64,000 bases of DNA, taken from positions 4,570-68,569 of the IMG/VR virus record IMGVR_UViG_3300021373_001378, one strand, 5' to 3'. How positions within the stretch are numbered: position 1 is the first letter of the stretch; every line of letters begins with the position of its first letter. The notes under the pieces were generated by a model, which saw only the letters and a program-made list of their open reading frames with translations, was not told the DNA's origin and ran no database searches. The position numbers and the translations under genes are program-made. The stretch comes from a virus. Below are positions 36,065 to 45,841 of this stretch, piece by piece.

Positions 36065-38271
36065 TGTACGAACAAAGCTTATATAAGGTTATAGAACCTA
36101 TTAAAATAAACACTATAAAAAGATTAAACAAATCTAAAAAGTGGAAGTACGGATACAATAAAGAACATGATGTTGTTGTAATAAGTAAAACAGGTCAGAT
36201 AGGTGAAGTGTATAGCATACAAGGATTAAGCATAGCTTTACCAAAAGAGTTTGATGTTGTTAATACAGATAATAGATGGGTTCCTCATGAATACCCAAAA
36301 GAACTAAAATCTATTAAAAGTATATTTGATTGGAAAGATTATCCTAACGAATTTAAAAAAAAGTGGCATACGTATATTGATAAAGAGTTTACTAGAAGAG
36401 AAGAAGGGTATTGGTTTAAAAACAAAAACAATTCTACTTATATCACTGGTACTCATTATATGTATTTACAATGGACAAAGATTGATGTAGGTAAACCTGA
36501 TTTTAGAGAAGCAAATAGATTATTTTTTATTTATTGGGAAGCTTGTAAAGCAGATTCTAGATGTTATGGAATGTGTTATCTCAAAAACAGACGTAGTGGT
36601 TTTTCATTTATGGCGTCTGCAGAAACAGTTAACTTAGCTACAGTATCTTCTGATTCAAGATATGGTATATTATCTAAATCAGGTGCTGATGCTAAAAAAA
36701 TGTTTACAGATAAAGTAGTGCCAATATCAATTAATTATCCATTTTTCTTTAGACCTATTCAAGACGGTATGGATCGTCCTAAAACGGAACTTGCGTATAG
36801 AGTTCCTGCTCAAAAGTTTACACGTAAAAGATTTGAGTCAAAAGATAAAGGACAACAGATGGAGGGATTAGACACAACTATTGACTGGAAAAATACAGGT
36901 GATAATAGTTATGATGGTGAAAAATTAGCACTATTAGTACATGATGAAGCTGGTAAATGGGAAAGACCAGAGAACATATTAAATAACTGGAGAGTTACAA
37001 AAACCACTTTAAGACTAGGTAGTAGAATTATTGGTAAATGTATGATGGGATCAACGAGTAATGCTCTTGATAAAGGTGGAGAAAACTTTAAGAAATTATA
37101 TACAAACTCAGATGTTACAAAAAGAAACGCCAATGGCCAGACTCGCTCAGGATTATATTCTTTGTTCATACCTATGGAATGGAACTACGAAGGATTCATT
37201 GATATGTATGGAATACCTGCGTTCAACACTCCTACAGAAGAAACTGTTGGGCCACAAGGTGATCCGATAGAAATAGGTGTAATAGAACATTGGCAAAATG
37301 AAGCTGATGGTTTAAGAAACGACCAAGATGCTTTAAATGAATTTTATAGACAGTTTCCAAGAACAGAAGAACATGCTTTTAGAGATGAAACTAAAAATAG
37401 TATATTTAACTTAGTTAAAATATATGAACAAATAGATTATAATGAAGATTTAAAAAGCTCTGCTGGTATTACACAAGGTAATTTTCAGTGGTCTATGGGT
37501 AATAAAGATTCTAAAGTAATATTTTATCCAGATATAAACGGTAGATTTAAAGTTAGCTGGGTTCCACCAGTTCACTTACAAAATAACATTATAATTAAAA
37601 ATGGAAGAAAAAAACCTGGTAATGAACACATGGGTGCATTTGGTTGTGACTCATATGATATATCAGGAACTGTAGACGGAACAGGATCTAAAGGTGCATT
37701 GCACGGGTTAACAAAGTTTTCTATGGAAAACTGTCCACCTAATCAATTTTTTTTAGAGTATATAGCAAGACCTCAGACCGCTGAGATCTTCTTTGAAGAC
37801 GTTCTAATGGCACTTGTATTTTACGGGATGCCTATACTTGCAGAAAATAATAAACCACGTCTATTGTATTATTTAAAAAGGCGAGGTTATAGAGGTTATT
37901 CAATGAATAGACCAGATAAAGTTTGGAATAAACTGTCTGTAGCAGAAAAAGAAATAGGTGGAATACCTAACTCAAGTGAAGATATTAAACAAGCTCATGC
38001 AGCTGCTATAGAAATGTATATACAAGATCATGTAGGTTTAAAGCAAGATGGTACGTATGGTACTATGTATTTTAATTCTACATTAAACGATTGGGCTGGA
38101 TTTGATATAAATAAAAGAACGAAATACGATGCTGCAATAAGCTCTGGTTTAGCGGTCATGGCTTGTAATAGGCATTTATACACTCCACACGCATCAATGG
38201 AAAAACAAAAATTAAACATAAGTTTTGCTAGATACAAACAATCTGGCATGCGATCTAAAATAATAGAATAA
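36064..38271 (+). CDS. terL: Terminase large subunit
   Basis: Walker A-like KNRRSGFS, Walker B LLVHDEAGK, MGSTSN, nuclease FGCDSYD, AENN. Confidence 0.92.
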   Translation: MYEQSLYKVIEPIKINTIKRLNKSKKWKYGYNKEHDVVVISKTGQIGEVYSIQGLSIALPKEFDVVNTDNRWVPHEYPKELKSIKSIFDWKDYPNEFKKKWHTYIDKEFTRREEGYWFKNKNNSTYITGTHYMYLQWTKIDVGKPDFREANRLFFIYWEACKADSRCYGMCYLKNRRSGFSFMASAETVNLATVSSDSRYGILSKSGADAKKMFTDKVVPISINYPFFFRPIQDGMDRPKTELAYRVPAQKFTRKRFESKDKGQQMEGLDTTIDWKNTGDNSYDGEKLALLVHDEAGKWERPENILNNWRVTKTTLRLGSRIIGKCMMGSTSNALDKGGENFKKLYTNSDVTKRNANGQTRSGLYSLFIPMEWNYEGFIDMYGIPAFNTPTEETVGPQGDPIEIGVIEHWQNEADGLRNDQDALNEFYRQFPRTEEHAFRDETKNSIFNLVKIYEQIDYNEDLKSSAGITQGNFQWSMGNKDSKVIFYPDINGRFKVSWVPPVHLQNNIIIKNGRKKPGNEHMGAFGCDSYDISGTVDGTGSKGALHGLTKFSMENCPPNQFFLEYIARPQTAEIFFEDVLMALVFYGMPILAENNKPRLLYYLKRRGYRGYSMNRPDKVWNKLSVAEKEIGGIPNSSEDIKQAHAAAIEMYIQDHVGLKQDGTYGTMYFNSTLNDWAGFDINKRTKYDAAISSGLAVMACNRHLYTPHASMEKQKLNISFARYKQSGMRSKIIE

Positions 38272-38272
38272 T

Positions 38273-40699
38273 ATGGCTGAATCAGTTGTAAAAGGTTACT
38301 TTCCAAGTCAAATCGCTAGCGATTTAGAAAAGATTAGCCAAGAGTACGGATTAAAGGTTGCTAAAGCTATAGAATCTGAATGGTTTAAAAGAGACTCAGG
38401 TACTAATAGATTTTATAGTAATTCTAATGAGTTTCATAGGTTAAGATTATACGCTAGAGGCGAGCAGTCGATTCAAAAATATAAAGATGAACTATCTATT
38501 AATGGTGATTTATCTTATTTAAACCTAGACTGGAAACCTGTTCCTATTATACCTAAATTTGTAGATATAGTTGTTAACGGAATATCAGAAAGAACATATG
38601 ATATAAAAGCATACTCTCAAGATCCATATGGTGTTAGTAAAAGAACTAAATACATGGAATCTGTATTAAGAGATATGCAAACTAAAGAGCTTATACAGTT
38701 TGCAAAAGAAAATTTTAATGTAGATATGCAGGAAAATCCAAGTGAGGAACTTCCTGATTCAAAAGAAGAGCTTGATTTACACATGCAATTAAACTACAAG
38801 CAAGCTGTAGAGATAGCAGAAGAGCAAGCTATCAATACTTTATTAGAAGGTAATAGATACGAACAAACAAGAAAAAGATTAAATTACGATTTAACAACAA
38901 TAGGTATAGCAGCTGTTAAAAATTCTTACAATAAATCTGAAGGAGTTACTGTTGAGTACTGTGATCCAGCTAATATGATATGGTCATATACTGAATCGCC
39001 TTATTTTGACGATATATATTATGTAGGTGAAATAAAAGCAATACATATAAATGAACTTAAAAAACAGTTTCCTGATTTATCTAATGAAGATTTAGAAAAT
39101 ATAACTAAACAAGGAGTACAAAACACTGGTTTGTTTAATAGAACTGTATCTGAAACAAATAACTTAGATCAAAATACTATTCAAGTTTTATATTTTAATT
39201 ATAAAACTTACGCTAATGAGGTTTATAAAGTAAAAGAAACAGCTACTGGTGCTACTAAAATTATAGTAAAAGATGATAGTTTTAACCCACCAGGTTTAGA
39301 TGAGCAACTAGAAGCTAGATATGGTAAACTGTCTAGATCTGTAGAAGTTTTATATGAAGGAGCTTTAGTATTAGGTACTAAAAAGTTATTAAAATGGCAA
39401 CTAGCTAAAAACATGATGAGACCTAAAAGTGATTACACTAAGGTTAAAATGAATTACAATATTGTTGCTCCAAGAATGTATAAAGGCAGAATAGAGTCTT
39501 TAGTTAGTAGAATAACTGGTTTTGCAGATATGATACAGCTTACACATTTAAAGTTACAACAAGTAATGTCTAGAATAGTACCAGATGGTATATATTTAGA
39601 TGCAGATGGTTTAGCTGAAATTGATTTAGGTAATGGAACTAATTATAACCCACAAGAGGCATTAAATATGTTTTTCCAAACTGGTTCTATACTAGGTAGA
39701 TCGTTCACATCGGAAGGTGATATGAATCCAGGTAAAGTACCTATTCAAGAAATAAACAGTAGTTCTGGTGGTCAAAAAATGCAAACATTAATACAGACAT
39801 ACAACTATTATTTACAAATGATACGCGATGCTACTGGATTAAACGAAGCAAGAGATGGTAGTATGCCAGATAAAAATGCTTTAGTTGGTGTTCAAAAATT
39901 AGCTGCTGCTAATAGTAACACTGCTACAAGACATATATTACAAGCTGGTTTATACTTAACTGCAGAGACAGCTGAATCATTATCGTTAAGAATATCTGAT
40001 ATACTTGAGTTTTCGCCAACAAGAGACGCTTTTATACAGGCTATAGGTGCTCATAACGTTGCTGTTTTAAGCGAAATGCAAGAATTGCACTTGTATGATT
40101 TTGGTATATTTATAGAGTTGGCGCCTGATGAAGAAGAAAAACAATTATTAGAAAACAATATACAGGTTGCTATAGCTCAAAAACTTATAGACTTAGAAGA
40201 TGCTATTGATCTTAGAAATATTAAAAATATAAAACTTGCAAATCAATTACTTAAAATTAGAAGAAAAAAGAAACAAGAAAGAGATCAATTATTACAAGAA
40301 AGAAATATACAAGCACAAGCAAAAGCTAATGCTGAAGCTCAACAAGCTGCATCTCAAGCTGAGGTACAAAAGCAACAAGCTCTTATACAGATACAAACAG
40401 CATTAGAACAAACAAAAGCTCAACTTGAGTTACAAAAATTACAGCAAGAAGTTAATAGTAAAAAAGAGTTAATGCAGTTAGAATTTCAGTTAAACATGCA
40501 ATTAAAACAACTAGAGAACAAAACTATTAACGATAAAGAAAAATACAAAGAAGACAGAAAAGATGAAAGAACTAAAATTCAAGCATCTCAACAGTCTGAA
40601 TTAATAGATCAAAGAAATAACGCTAAGCCACCTAAAAACTTTGAATCTACAGCAAACGATACTATGGGTGGTATAGATTTAGGCTTATTTAAAGCTTAA
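38273..40699 (+). CDS. Portal protein
   Basis: 808 aa after terL; PIIPKFVDIVVNG, TGLNEARDG, Q-rich C-terminal barrel helix. Confidence 0.85.
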   Translation: MAESVVKGYFPSQIASDLEKISQEYGLKVAKAIESEWFKRDSGTNRFYSNSNEFHRLRLYARGEQSIQKYKDELSINGDLSYLNLDWKPVPIIPKFVDIVVNGISERTYDIKAYSQDPYGVSKRTKYMESVLRDMQTKELIQFAKENFNVDMQENPSEELPDSKEELDLHMQLNYKQAVEIAEEQAINTLLEGNRYEQTRKRLNYDLTTIGIAAVKNSYNKSEGVTVEYCDPANMIWSYTESPYFDDIYYVGEIKAIHINELKKQFPDLSNEDLENITKQGVQNTGLFNRTVSETNNLDQNTIQVLYFNYKTYANEVYKVKETATGATKIIVKDDSFNPPGLDEQLEARYGKLSRSVEVLYEGALVLGTKKLLKWQLAKNMMRPKSDYTKVKMNYNIVAPRMYKGRIESLVSRITGFADMIQLTHLKLQQVMSRIVPDGIYLDADGLAEIDLGNGTNYNPQEALNMFFQTGSILGRSFTSEGDMNPGKVPIQEINSSSGGQKMQTLIQTYNYYLQMIRDATGLNEARDGSMPDKNALVGVQKLAAANSNTATRHILQAGLYLTAETAESLSLRISDILEFSPTRDAFIQAIGAHNVAVLSEMQELHLYDFGIFIELAPDEEEKQLLENNIQVAIAQKLIDLEDAIDLRNIKNIKLANQLLKIRRKKKQERDQLLQERNIQAQAKANAEAQQAASQAEVQKQQALIQIQTALEQTKAQLELQKLQQEVNSKKELMQLEFQLNMQLKQLENKTINDKEKYKEDRKDERTKIQASQQSELIDQRNNAKPPKNFESTANDTMGGIDLGLFKA

Positions 40700-40728
40700 A
40701 CAATTGTTTAATTTTATAATATTATATT

Positions 40729-41928
40729 ATGTCAGAAGAATTAGAAGAAGTTGTAGAGGAATCTACAGTTGATCAACCAACTGAAGAAGTGGTTGAGCAA
40801 GAAAAACCGGCTGATGATAAACCTAAAAATGAGGTTACAGAAGACGGAACAATTAAATTGGATTTAAGTAATTTAAATAAAATACCAAATCCAGTTGAAA
40901 CTACTGAAGAAGTAGTAGAACCTGTTGAAGAAATAAAACAGGAAAAAGAAGAAGAAAAAGAAGTTGTTGAAGAAGTTGTTGGAGAGCAACAAGAAGAACA
41001 ACCGGTATTAGAAGAAATAACAGAAGAAGAAGTTCAAGAACAAACAGAACAATTAACAGAAGAAGTAGAAGAAGCGGTTGCAGAAGCTAAAGAAACTGGA
41101 ATTGAATTACCTGAAAATATACAGAAAGCTGTAGATTTTATGAACGATACAGGCGGAAGTTTAGAAGACTACGTAAGGCTTAATCAAGATTTTAGTAGCT
41201 TTAATGACAACCAACTGTTAAAAGAATATTATAGCCAAACAAAACCTCATTTATCAAACGAAGAAATTGATTTCTTAATAGATGATAGTTTTAGTTATGA
41301 TGAAGAAGAAGATACTGAAAGAGAAATAAAAAGAAAAAAATTAGCGCTTAAAGAGCAAGTTGCCAGTGCTAAAAGCCACTTAGACAGGCAAAAGTCTAAA
41401 TATTACGAAGAAATCAAAGCTGGAAGCAGGTTAGCGCCTGAACAACAGAAGGCTATAGATTTTTTCAACAGATACAACAAGGAGTCTGAGCAAAATAACA
41501 AGGTATTACAAACTCAGAAGTCTATATTTAACAAAAAGACTGAACAGGTTTTCTCTAATGAATTCAAAGGTTTTGAATATAAGGTTGGGGATAAAAAATA
41601 TAGATTTAACGTAAAGGATGTAGATAGTGTAAAAAACTCTCAAAGCGACATTAATAATTTTGTTAAGAAGTTTCTTAACGATAAAAATGAAATGCATGAC
41701 GCAAAGGGATACCATAAATCATTATTCACAGCCATGAATCCAGATATTGTAGCAAACCATTTTTATGAACAAGGTAAAGCTGATGCTATTAAAAACAGTA
41801 TGGCAAAATCTAAAAACATAGACATGGAGCCTAGAAAAGGGCATGAAAATGTTATAAAAACAGGATTTAGTGTTAGAGCAATACCAGGTGAAAGTGCATC
41901 TGATTTCAAAATTAAACTAAGAAAATAA
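40729..41928 (+). CDS. Scaffolding protein
   Basis: Very acidic N-terminus, helical, between portal and capsid genes. Confidence 0.7.
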   Translation: MSEELEEVVEESTVDQPTEEVVEQEKPADDKPKNEVTEDGTIKLDLSNLNKIPNPVETTEEVVEPVEEIKQEKEEEKEVVEEVVGEQQEEQPVLEEITEEEVQEQTEQLTEEVEEAVAEAKETGIELPENIQKAVDFMNDTGGSLEDYVRLNQDFSSFNDNQLLKEYYSQTKPHLSNEEIDFLIDDSFSYDEEEDTEREIKRKKLALKEQVASAKSHLDRQKSKYYEEIKAGSRLAPEQQKAIDFFNRYNKESEQNNKVLQTQKSIFNKKTEQVFSNEFKGFEYKVGDKKYRFNVKDVDSVKNSQSDINNFVKKFLNDKNEMHDAKGYHKSLFTAMNPDIVANHFYEQGKADAIKNSMAKSKNIDMEPRKGHENVIKTGFSVRAIPGESASDFKIKLRK

Positions 41929-41946
41929 CACTTAAAAATTTAAAAA

Positions 41947-43362
41947 ATGGCAATAGCAAGTTCTGGTGCTGCTTTACAGCACCTAACTCCAAGACCCGTG
42001 AAAGATTTATTTGGAGACAATTATTTAAGCATTACCGGGAATGACTTTAACTTTACAAAACAATTCTTACCAGAAGTATATGAAAAAGAGGTAGAGAGAT
42101 ATGGAAATAGAACTATCTCTGGTTTCTTGAAAATGGTAGGAGCTGAAATGCCTATGGCTTCTGACGAAGTTGTATGGTCTGAACAAGGTAGAATTCACGT
42201 TGCTTACGACGATGTTGTAGGTACTGATGTTTCTGCTAACTTATTAACTTTTTCTGCTGCTCACTTAATTAACATTGGTGATACTATCATTGTTAGCAAA
42301 GGTGGTGCAACATTAAAATGTTATGTATCTGCTGTTCCTTCTGCAACTACAATTACTGCACAACCTTACACTGCTGCTGATATTTCAGGTATCGGTGCTG
42401 ATGGAGTTTCTGCTGTAAAAGTATTTGTTTATGGTTCAGAGTACAAAAAAGGATCGGCTAACGCTGGTAACACAAAGGATGCTGACTTCACATCTTTTAG
42501 TAATAAGCCAATTATTCTAAGAGATAAATACAGTGTAAATGGTTCTGATACTGCTCAAATTGGGTGGGTTGAAGTAACTACTGAATCTGGAACTGGAGGT
42601 TACCTTTGGTATTTAAAATCTGAGCACGAAGCAAGATTAAGATTTGAAGATCAATTAGAAATGGCTATGATTGAAGCTGAAAAGAAAGCAGGTTCTTCTG
42701 CTATTTCTGCTGCAGGTATTTCTGGATCTGAAGGTTTATTCGCTGCTATCAACTCTAGAGGTTTAGTATTTAACAATGCTGACTTTGGAGGTTCAGAAGC
42801 TACTGACGGTTTAGCTGACTTTGATTTAATTCTACAAGAATTAGACAAACAAGGATCAATTGAGGAAAACATGTTATTCTTAGATAGAGGAACTTCTCTA
42901 GCTATTGACAATATGTTAGCTGCTCAAAACTCTTACGGTACAGGTGGTACATCTTACGGTGTTTTCAGTAACAGCGAAGATATGGCATTAAATTTAGGTT
43001 TCTCTGGTTTCAGAAGAGGTTCTTATGACTTCTATAAAACTGACTGGAAATACTTAAATGACTCTACTACAAGAGGTCTAGTTGGTGATGTTGAAGGTGT
43101 ATTTGTTCCTGCTGGAACTTCTACAGTTTACGATCAGCAATTAGGTAAAAACATTTCAAGACCATTCTTACACGTTAGATACAGAGCTTCTGAAGCTGAC
43201 GACAGAAGAATGAAATCTTGGATCACTGGTTCTGTTGGTGGAAACTACACAAGTGACGAGGATGCAATGAACGTACACTTCTTATCTGAAAGATGTCTGT
43301 GTGTTCAAGCTGCAAACAACTTTATCTTGTTGAAATCTTCTGATGGAGTTATCGGTGACTAA
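41947..43362 (+). CDS. Major capsid protein
   Basis: 471 aa after scaffold, strong codon bias, followed by a terminator. Confidence 0.85.
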   Translation: MAIASSGAALQHLTPRPVKDLFGDNYLSITGNDFNFTKQFLPEVYEKEVERYGNRTISGFLKMVGAEMPMASDEVVWSEQGRIHVAYDDVVGTDVSANLLTFSAAHLINIGDTIIVSKGGATLKCYVSAVPSATTITAQPYTAADISGIGADGVSAVKVFVYGSEYKKGSANAGNTKDADFTSFSNKPIILRDKYSVNGSDTAQIGWVEVTTESGTGGYLWYLKSEHEARLRFEDQLEMAMIEAEKKAGSSAISAAGISGSEGLFAAINSRGLVFNNADFGGSEATDGLADFDLILQELDKQGSIEENMLFLDRGTSLAIDNMLAAQNSYGTGGTSYGVFSNSEDMALNLGFSGFRRGSYDFYKTDWKYLNDSTTRGLVGDVEGVFVPAGTSTVYDQQLGKNISRPFLHVRYRASEADDRRMKSWITGSVGGNYTSDEDAMNVHFLSERCLCVQAANNFILLKSSDGVIGD

Positions 43363-43374
43363 TAATTACCAATA

Positions 43375-43422
43375 GTAATTTTTACCCTCGTTGTTCTGAC
43401 GAGGGTAATTATTACCTTTATT
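43375..43422 (+). terminator. Intrinsic terminator after major capsid gene
   Basis: TTACCCTCGT-loop-ACGAGGGTAA stem, then T-rich tail. Confidence 0.75.
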
Positions 43423-43444
43423 AACATTTATATTATATTATATC

Positions 43445-44200
43445 ATGAAAAAAGAAAAAACAGCATCAAGCTGGGAAATAAAAGATAGACTTTACGTATT
43501 AAAGTCTGGCGTTCAACCACTAGTTTTTACATTACCATCAAAACATACTAGAAGAAAATCATTATTATGGTTTGATGAAGAAAGTGGATCACAAAAAGAA
43601 ATTAGATACGCTACAAATCAAGCTTCACCTTTAGTTGAAGAACAAAAAGGATCAGTAACACTAGGTCATATTATTTTTAGAGATGGGACTTTAAGTGTGC
43701 CGAGGCAAAAACAAAATTTACAAAAACTACTTTCTTTATATCACCCTGCAAAGGACATTATATATAAAGAACATGATTCAGTAGAAGAAGCTAAAGATGA
43801 TTTAGAATATATGACTTTAGAAATAGATGCATTAGTTGCAGCAAAAGACATAGAAATAGATCAAGCAGAAGCTATATTAAGAGTAGAGATCGGTTCTAAG
43901 GTTAATGACATGACTTCTAAGGAGATTAAAAGAGATTTATTAATCTTCGCTAAAAGAAATCCTGCTTTATTCTTAGATTTAATTCAAGATGATAACGTAG
44001 AATTAAGAAACTTTGGTATAAAAGCTGTTGAAGCTGGAATATTAAAGCTGTCTCCGGATCAAAGAAATTTTACTTGGGCTAGTAACGGAAGAAAAGTATT
44101 AACAGTTCCGTTTGATGAACACCCATATTCTGCATTAGCAGTATTTTTCAAAACTGATGAAGGTATAGAGATATATAAAAACATCGAAAAGAGACAATAA
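43445..44200 (+). CDS. Conserved hypothetical protein downstream of capsid gene
   Basis: 251-aa ORF. Confidence 0.8.
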   Translation: MKKEKTASSWEIKDRLYVLKSGVQPLVFTLPSKHTRRKSLLWFDEESGSQKEIRYATNQASPLVEEQKGSVTLGHIIFRDGTLSVPRQKQNLQKLLSLYHPAKDIIYKEHDSVEEAKDDLEYMTLEIDALVAAKDIEIDQAEAILRVEIGSKVNDMTSKEIKRDLLIFAKRNPALFLDLIQDDNVELRNFGIKAVEAGILKLSPDQRNFTWASNGRKVLTVPFDEHPYSALAVFFKTDEGIEIYKNIEKRQ

Positions 44201-44205
44201 CAATT

Positions 44206-44241
44206 GTAGGTGGGGCCTACTTTTGTAGGCCTTTTCCTATA
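44206..44241 (+). terminator. Intrinsic terminator
   Basis: GGCCTAC-TTTT-GTAGGCC followed by TTTT. Confidence 0.7.
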
Positions 44242-44254
44242 ATAAAAAAATAAC

Positions 44255-44956
44255 ATGAGTGTAAATATAGATACAGTTTATCAAAGAGTATTAAACATTG
44301 CTAATAAAGAGCAAAGAGGTTATATAACACCGCAAGAATTTAATTTATTTGCAAATCAAGCACAAATGGATATATTCGAGCAGTATTTTTACGATTTAAA
44401 TCAATTTAGCAGAATACAAGGCAATGATTCTACATATTCAGATATGGTTAGTATTTTGCAAGAAAAGATAGATGTTTTCGAAAAGTTTAGACAAAATGTT
44501 AGTATGTCTTCTGGAGGCGTTGGCACTTTACCCACTCATTATAGAATGGGTGAGCTATACTACAACAACTCAGGAAGCTATGTTGAAATTGAAAAATTAC
44601 AACAAAATGAACTACACCATTACATAAATTCCCCTTTAACAACACCATCCGTTTCACTTCCTATATATGTTAACACATCAGCTAGTGCTATACAAGTTTA
44701 TCCAGTCACTATAACTTCTGGAGTAACGTGTAACTATATAGCTAGACCCGCTACTGTAAAATGGGCTTATACTGTAGTTTTTGAACAAGCTATGTATAAT
44801 TCAAACAATAGTGTGAACTTTGAACTACATGAATCAGAGGAAACAGAATTAGTTATAAAAATACTTTCTTTAGCTGGAGTAATGCTTAAAGATCCTAATA
44901 TGTATCAAATAGCTAGCACAGAAGACCAGAAATCAATACAACAAGAAAAACAATAA
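44255..44956 (+). CDS. Head-tail adaptor/tail ring protein
   Basis: NKEQRGYITPQEFN..ANQAQ, Y..RP; position in the structural module. Confidence 0.7.
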   Translation: MSVNIDTVYQRVLNIANKEQRGYITPQEFNLFANQAQMDIFEQYFYDLNQFSRIQGNDSTYSDMVSILQEKIDVFEKFRQNVSMSSGGVGTLPTHYRMGELYYNNSGSYVEIEKLQQNELHHYINSPLTTPSVSLPIYVNTSASAIQVYPVTITSGVTCNYIARPATVKWAYTVVFEQAMYNSNNSVNFELHESEETELVIKILSLAGVMLKDPNMYQIASTEDQKSIQQEKQ

Positions 44957-44959
44957 TAA

Positions 44960-45838
44960 ATGGGATTATTTCAAGGAACACAACAAAACTACTACACTAC
45001 TGCTTCTAGTTTCGGAAATTATCAAACTATAAGTCTTCAAGATATAATTAACAACTTTGAAATAGCTTATGTTGGTGAGGGTAAAATAATACCAAAACAA
45101 AAAAGAAGCAATATAGTATTTTTTGCTAAAAGAGCTTTACAAGAGTTAAGTTACGATACTTTAAAATCAGAAAAATCACAGGAGATAGAAATATCTCCAA
45201 ATCTAGTTATGACATTACCTCATGATTATGTTAATTATGTTAAATTATCGTGGAAAGATACATCTGGTGTAGAAAGAATAATATACCCTACTGATAAAAC
45301 AAGTAACCCTTTGTCTATTCTTCAAGATGGAGATTATAATTATTTATTTGATAGTAGTAGCAACTTATCAACATCTACTGATGCTGACACTTGGACATCG
45401 TTTAAAGCATCTTCAAACTCAACTTCAGACACAACCGTTAATGATGATGGTTTTGATACATCTACGTCTAACGGTGGTAGGTTTGGTATTGAGCCGTCAA
45501 AAGCTCAATCAAATGGAGTTTTTTATATAGATCCATTAAAAAATAGAATACATTTTAGTGCTGATATAAATGGTAAAACAGTTACTTTAAAATACATATC
45601 TGATAGTTTAGCTACAGATGATGAAATGAAAGTACATAAATTTGTTGAAGAAGCTATATATAAATATATTGCTCACGCAATTTTAGCTTCATCTTCAAAT
45701 GTACAAGAATATATAGTTGCTAGATTTAAGAAAGAAAAGTTTGCAGCTATAAGAAACGCAAAATTAAGATTATCTAATTTAAAAATAGAAGAGTTAACTC
45801 AAGTAATGCGAGGTAAGTCTAAACAAATAAAACACTAG
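44960..45838 (+). CDS. Tail ring/tubular protein
   Basis: LPHDYVNYVKL, LKYISD; position. Confidence 0.65.
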   Translation: MGLFQGTQQNYYTTASSFGNYQTISLQDIINNFEIAYVGEGKIIPKQKRSNIVFFAKRALQELSYDTLKSEKSQEIEISPNLVMTLPHDYVNYVKLSWKDTSGVERIIYPTDKTSNPLSILQDGDYNYLFDSSSNLSTSTDADTWTSFKASSNSTSDTTVNDDGFDTSTSNGGRFGIEPSKAQSNGVFYIDPLKNRIHFSADINGKTVTLKYISDSLATDDEMKVHKFVEEAIYKYIAHAILASSSNVQEYIVARFKKEKFAAIRNAKLRLSNLKIEELTQVMRGKSKQIKH

Positions 45839-45841
45839 CAC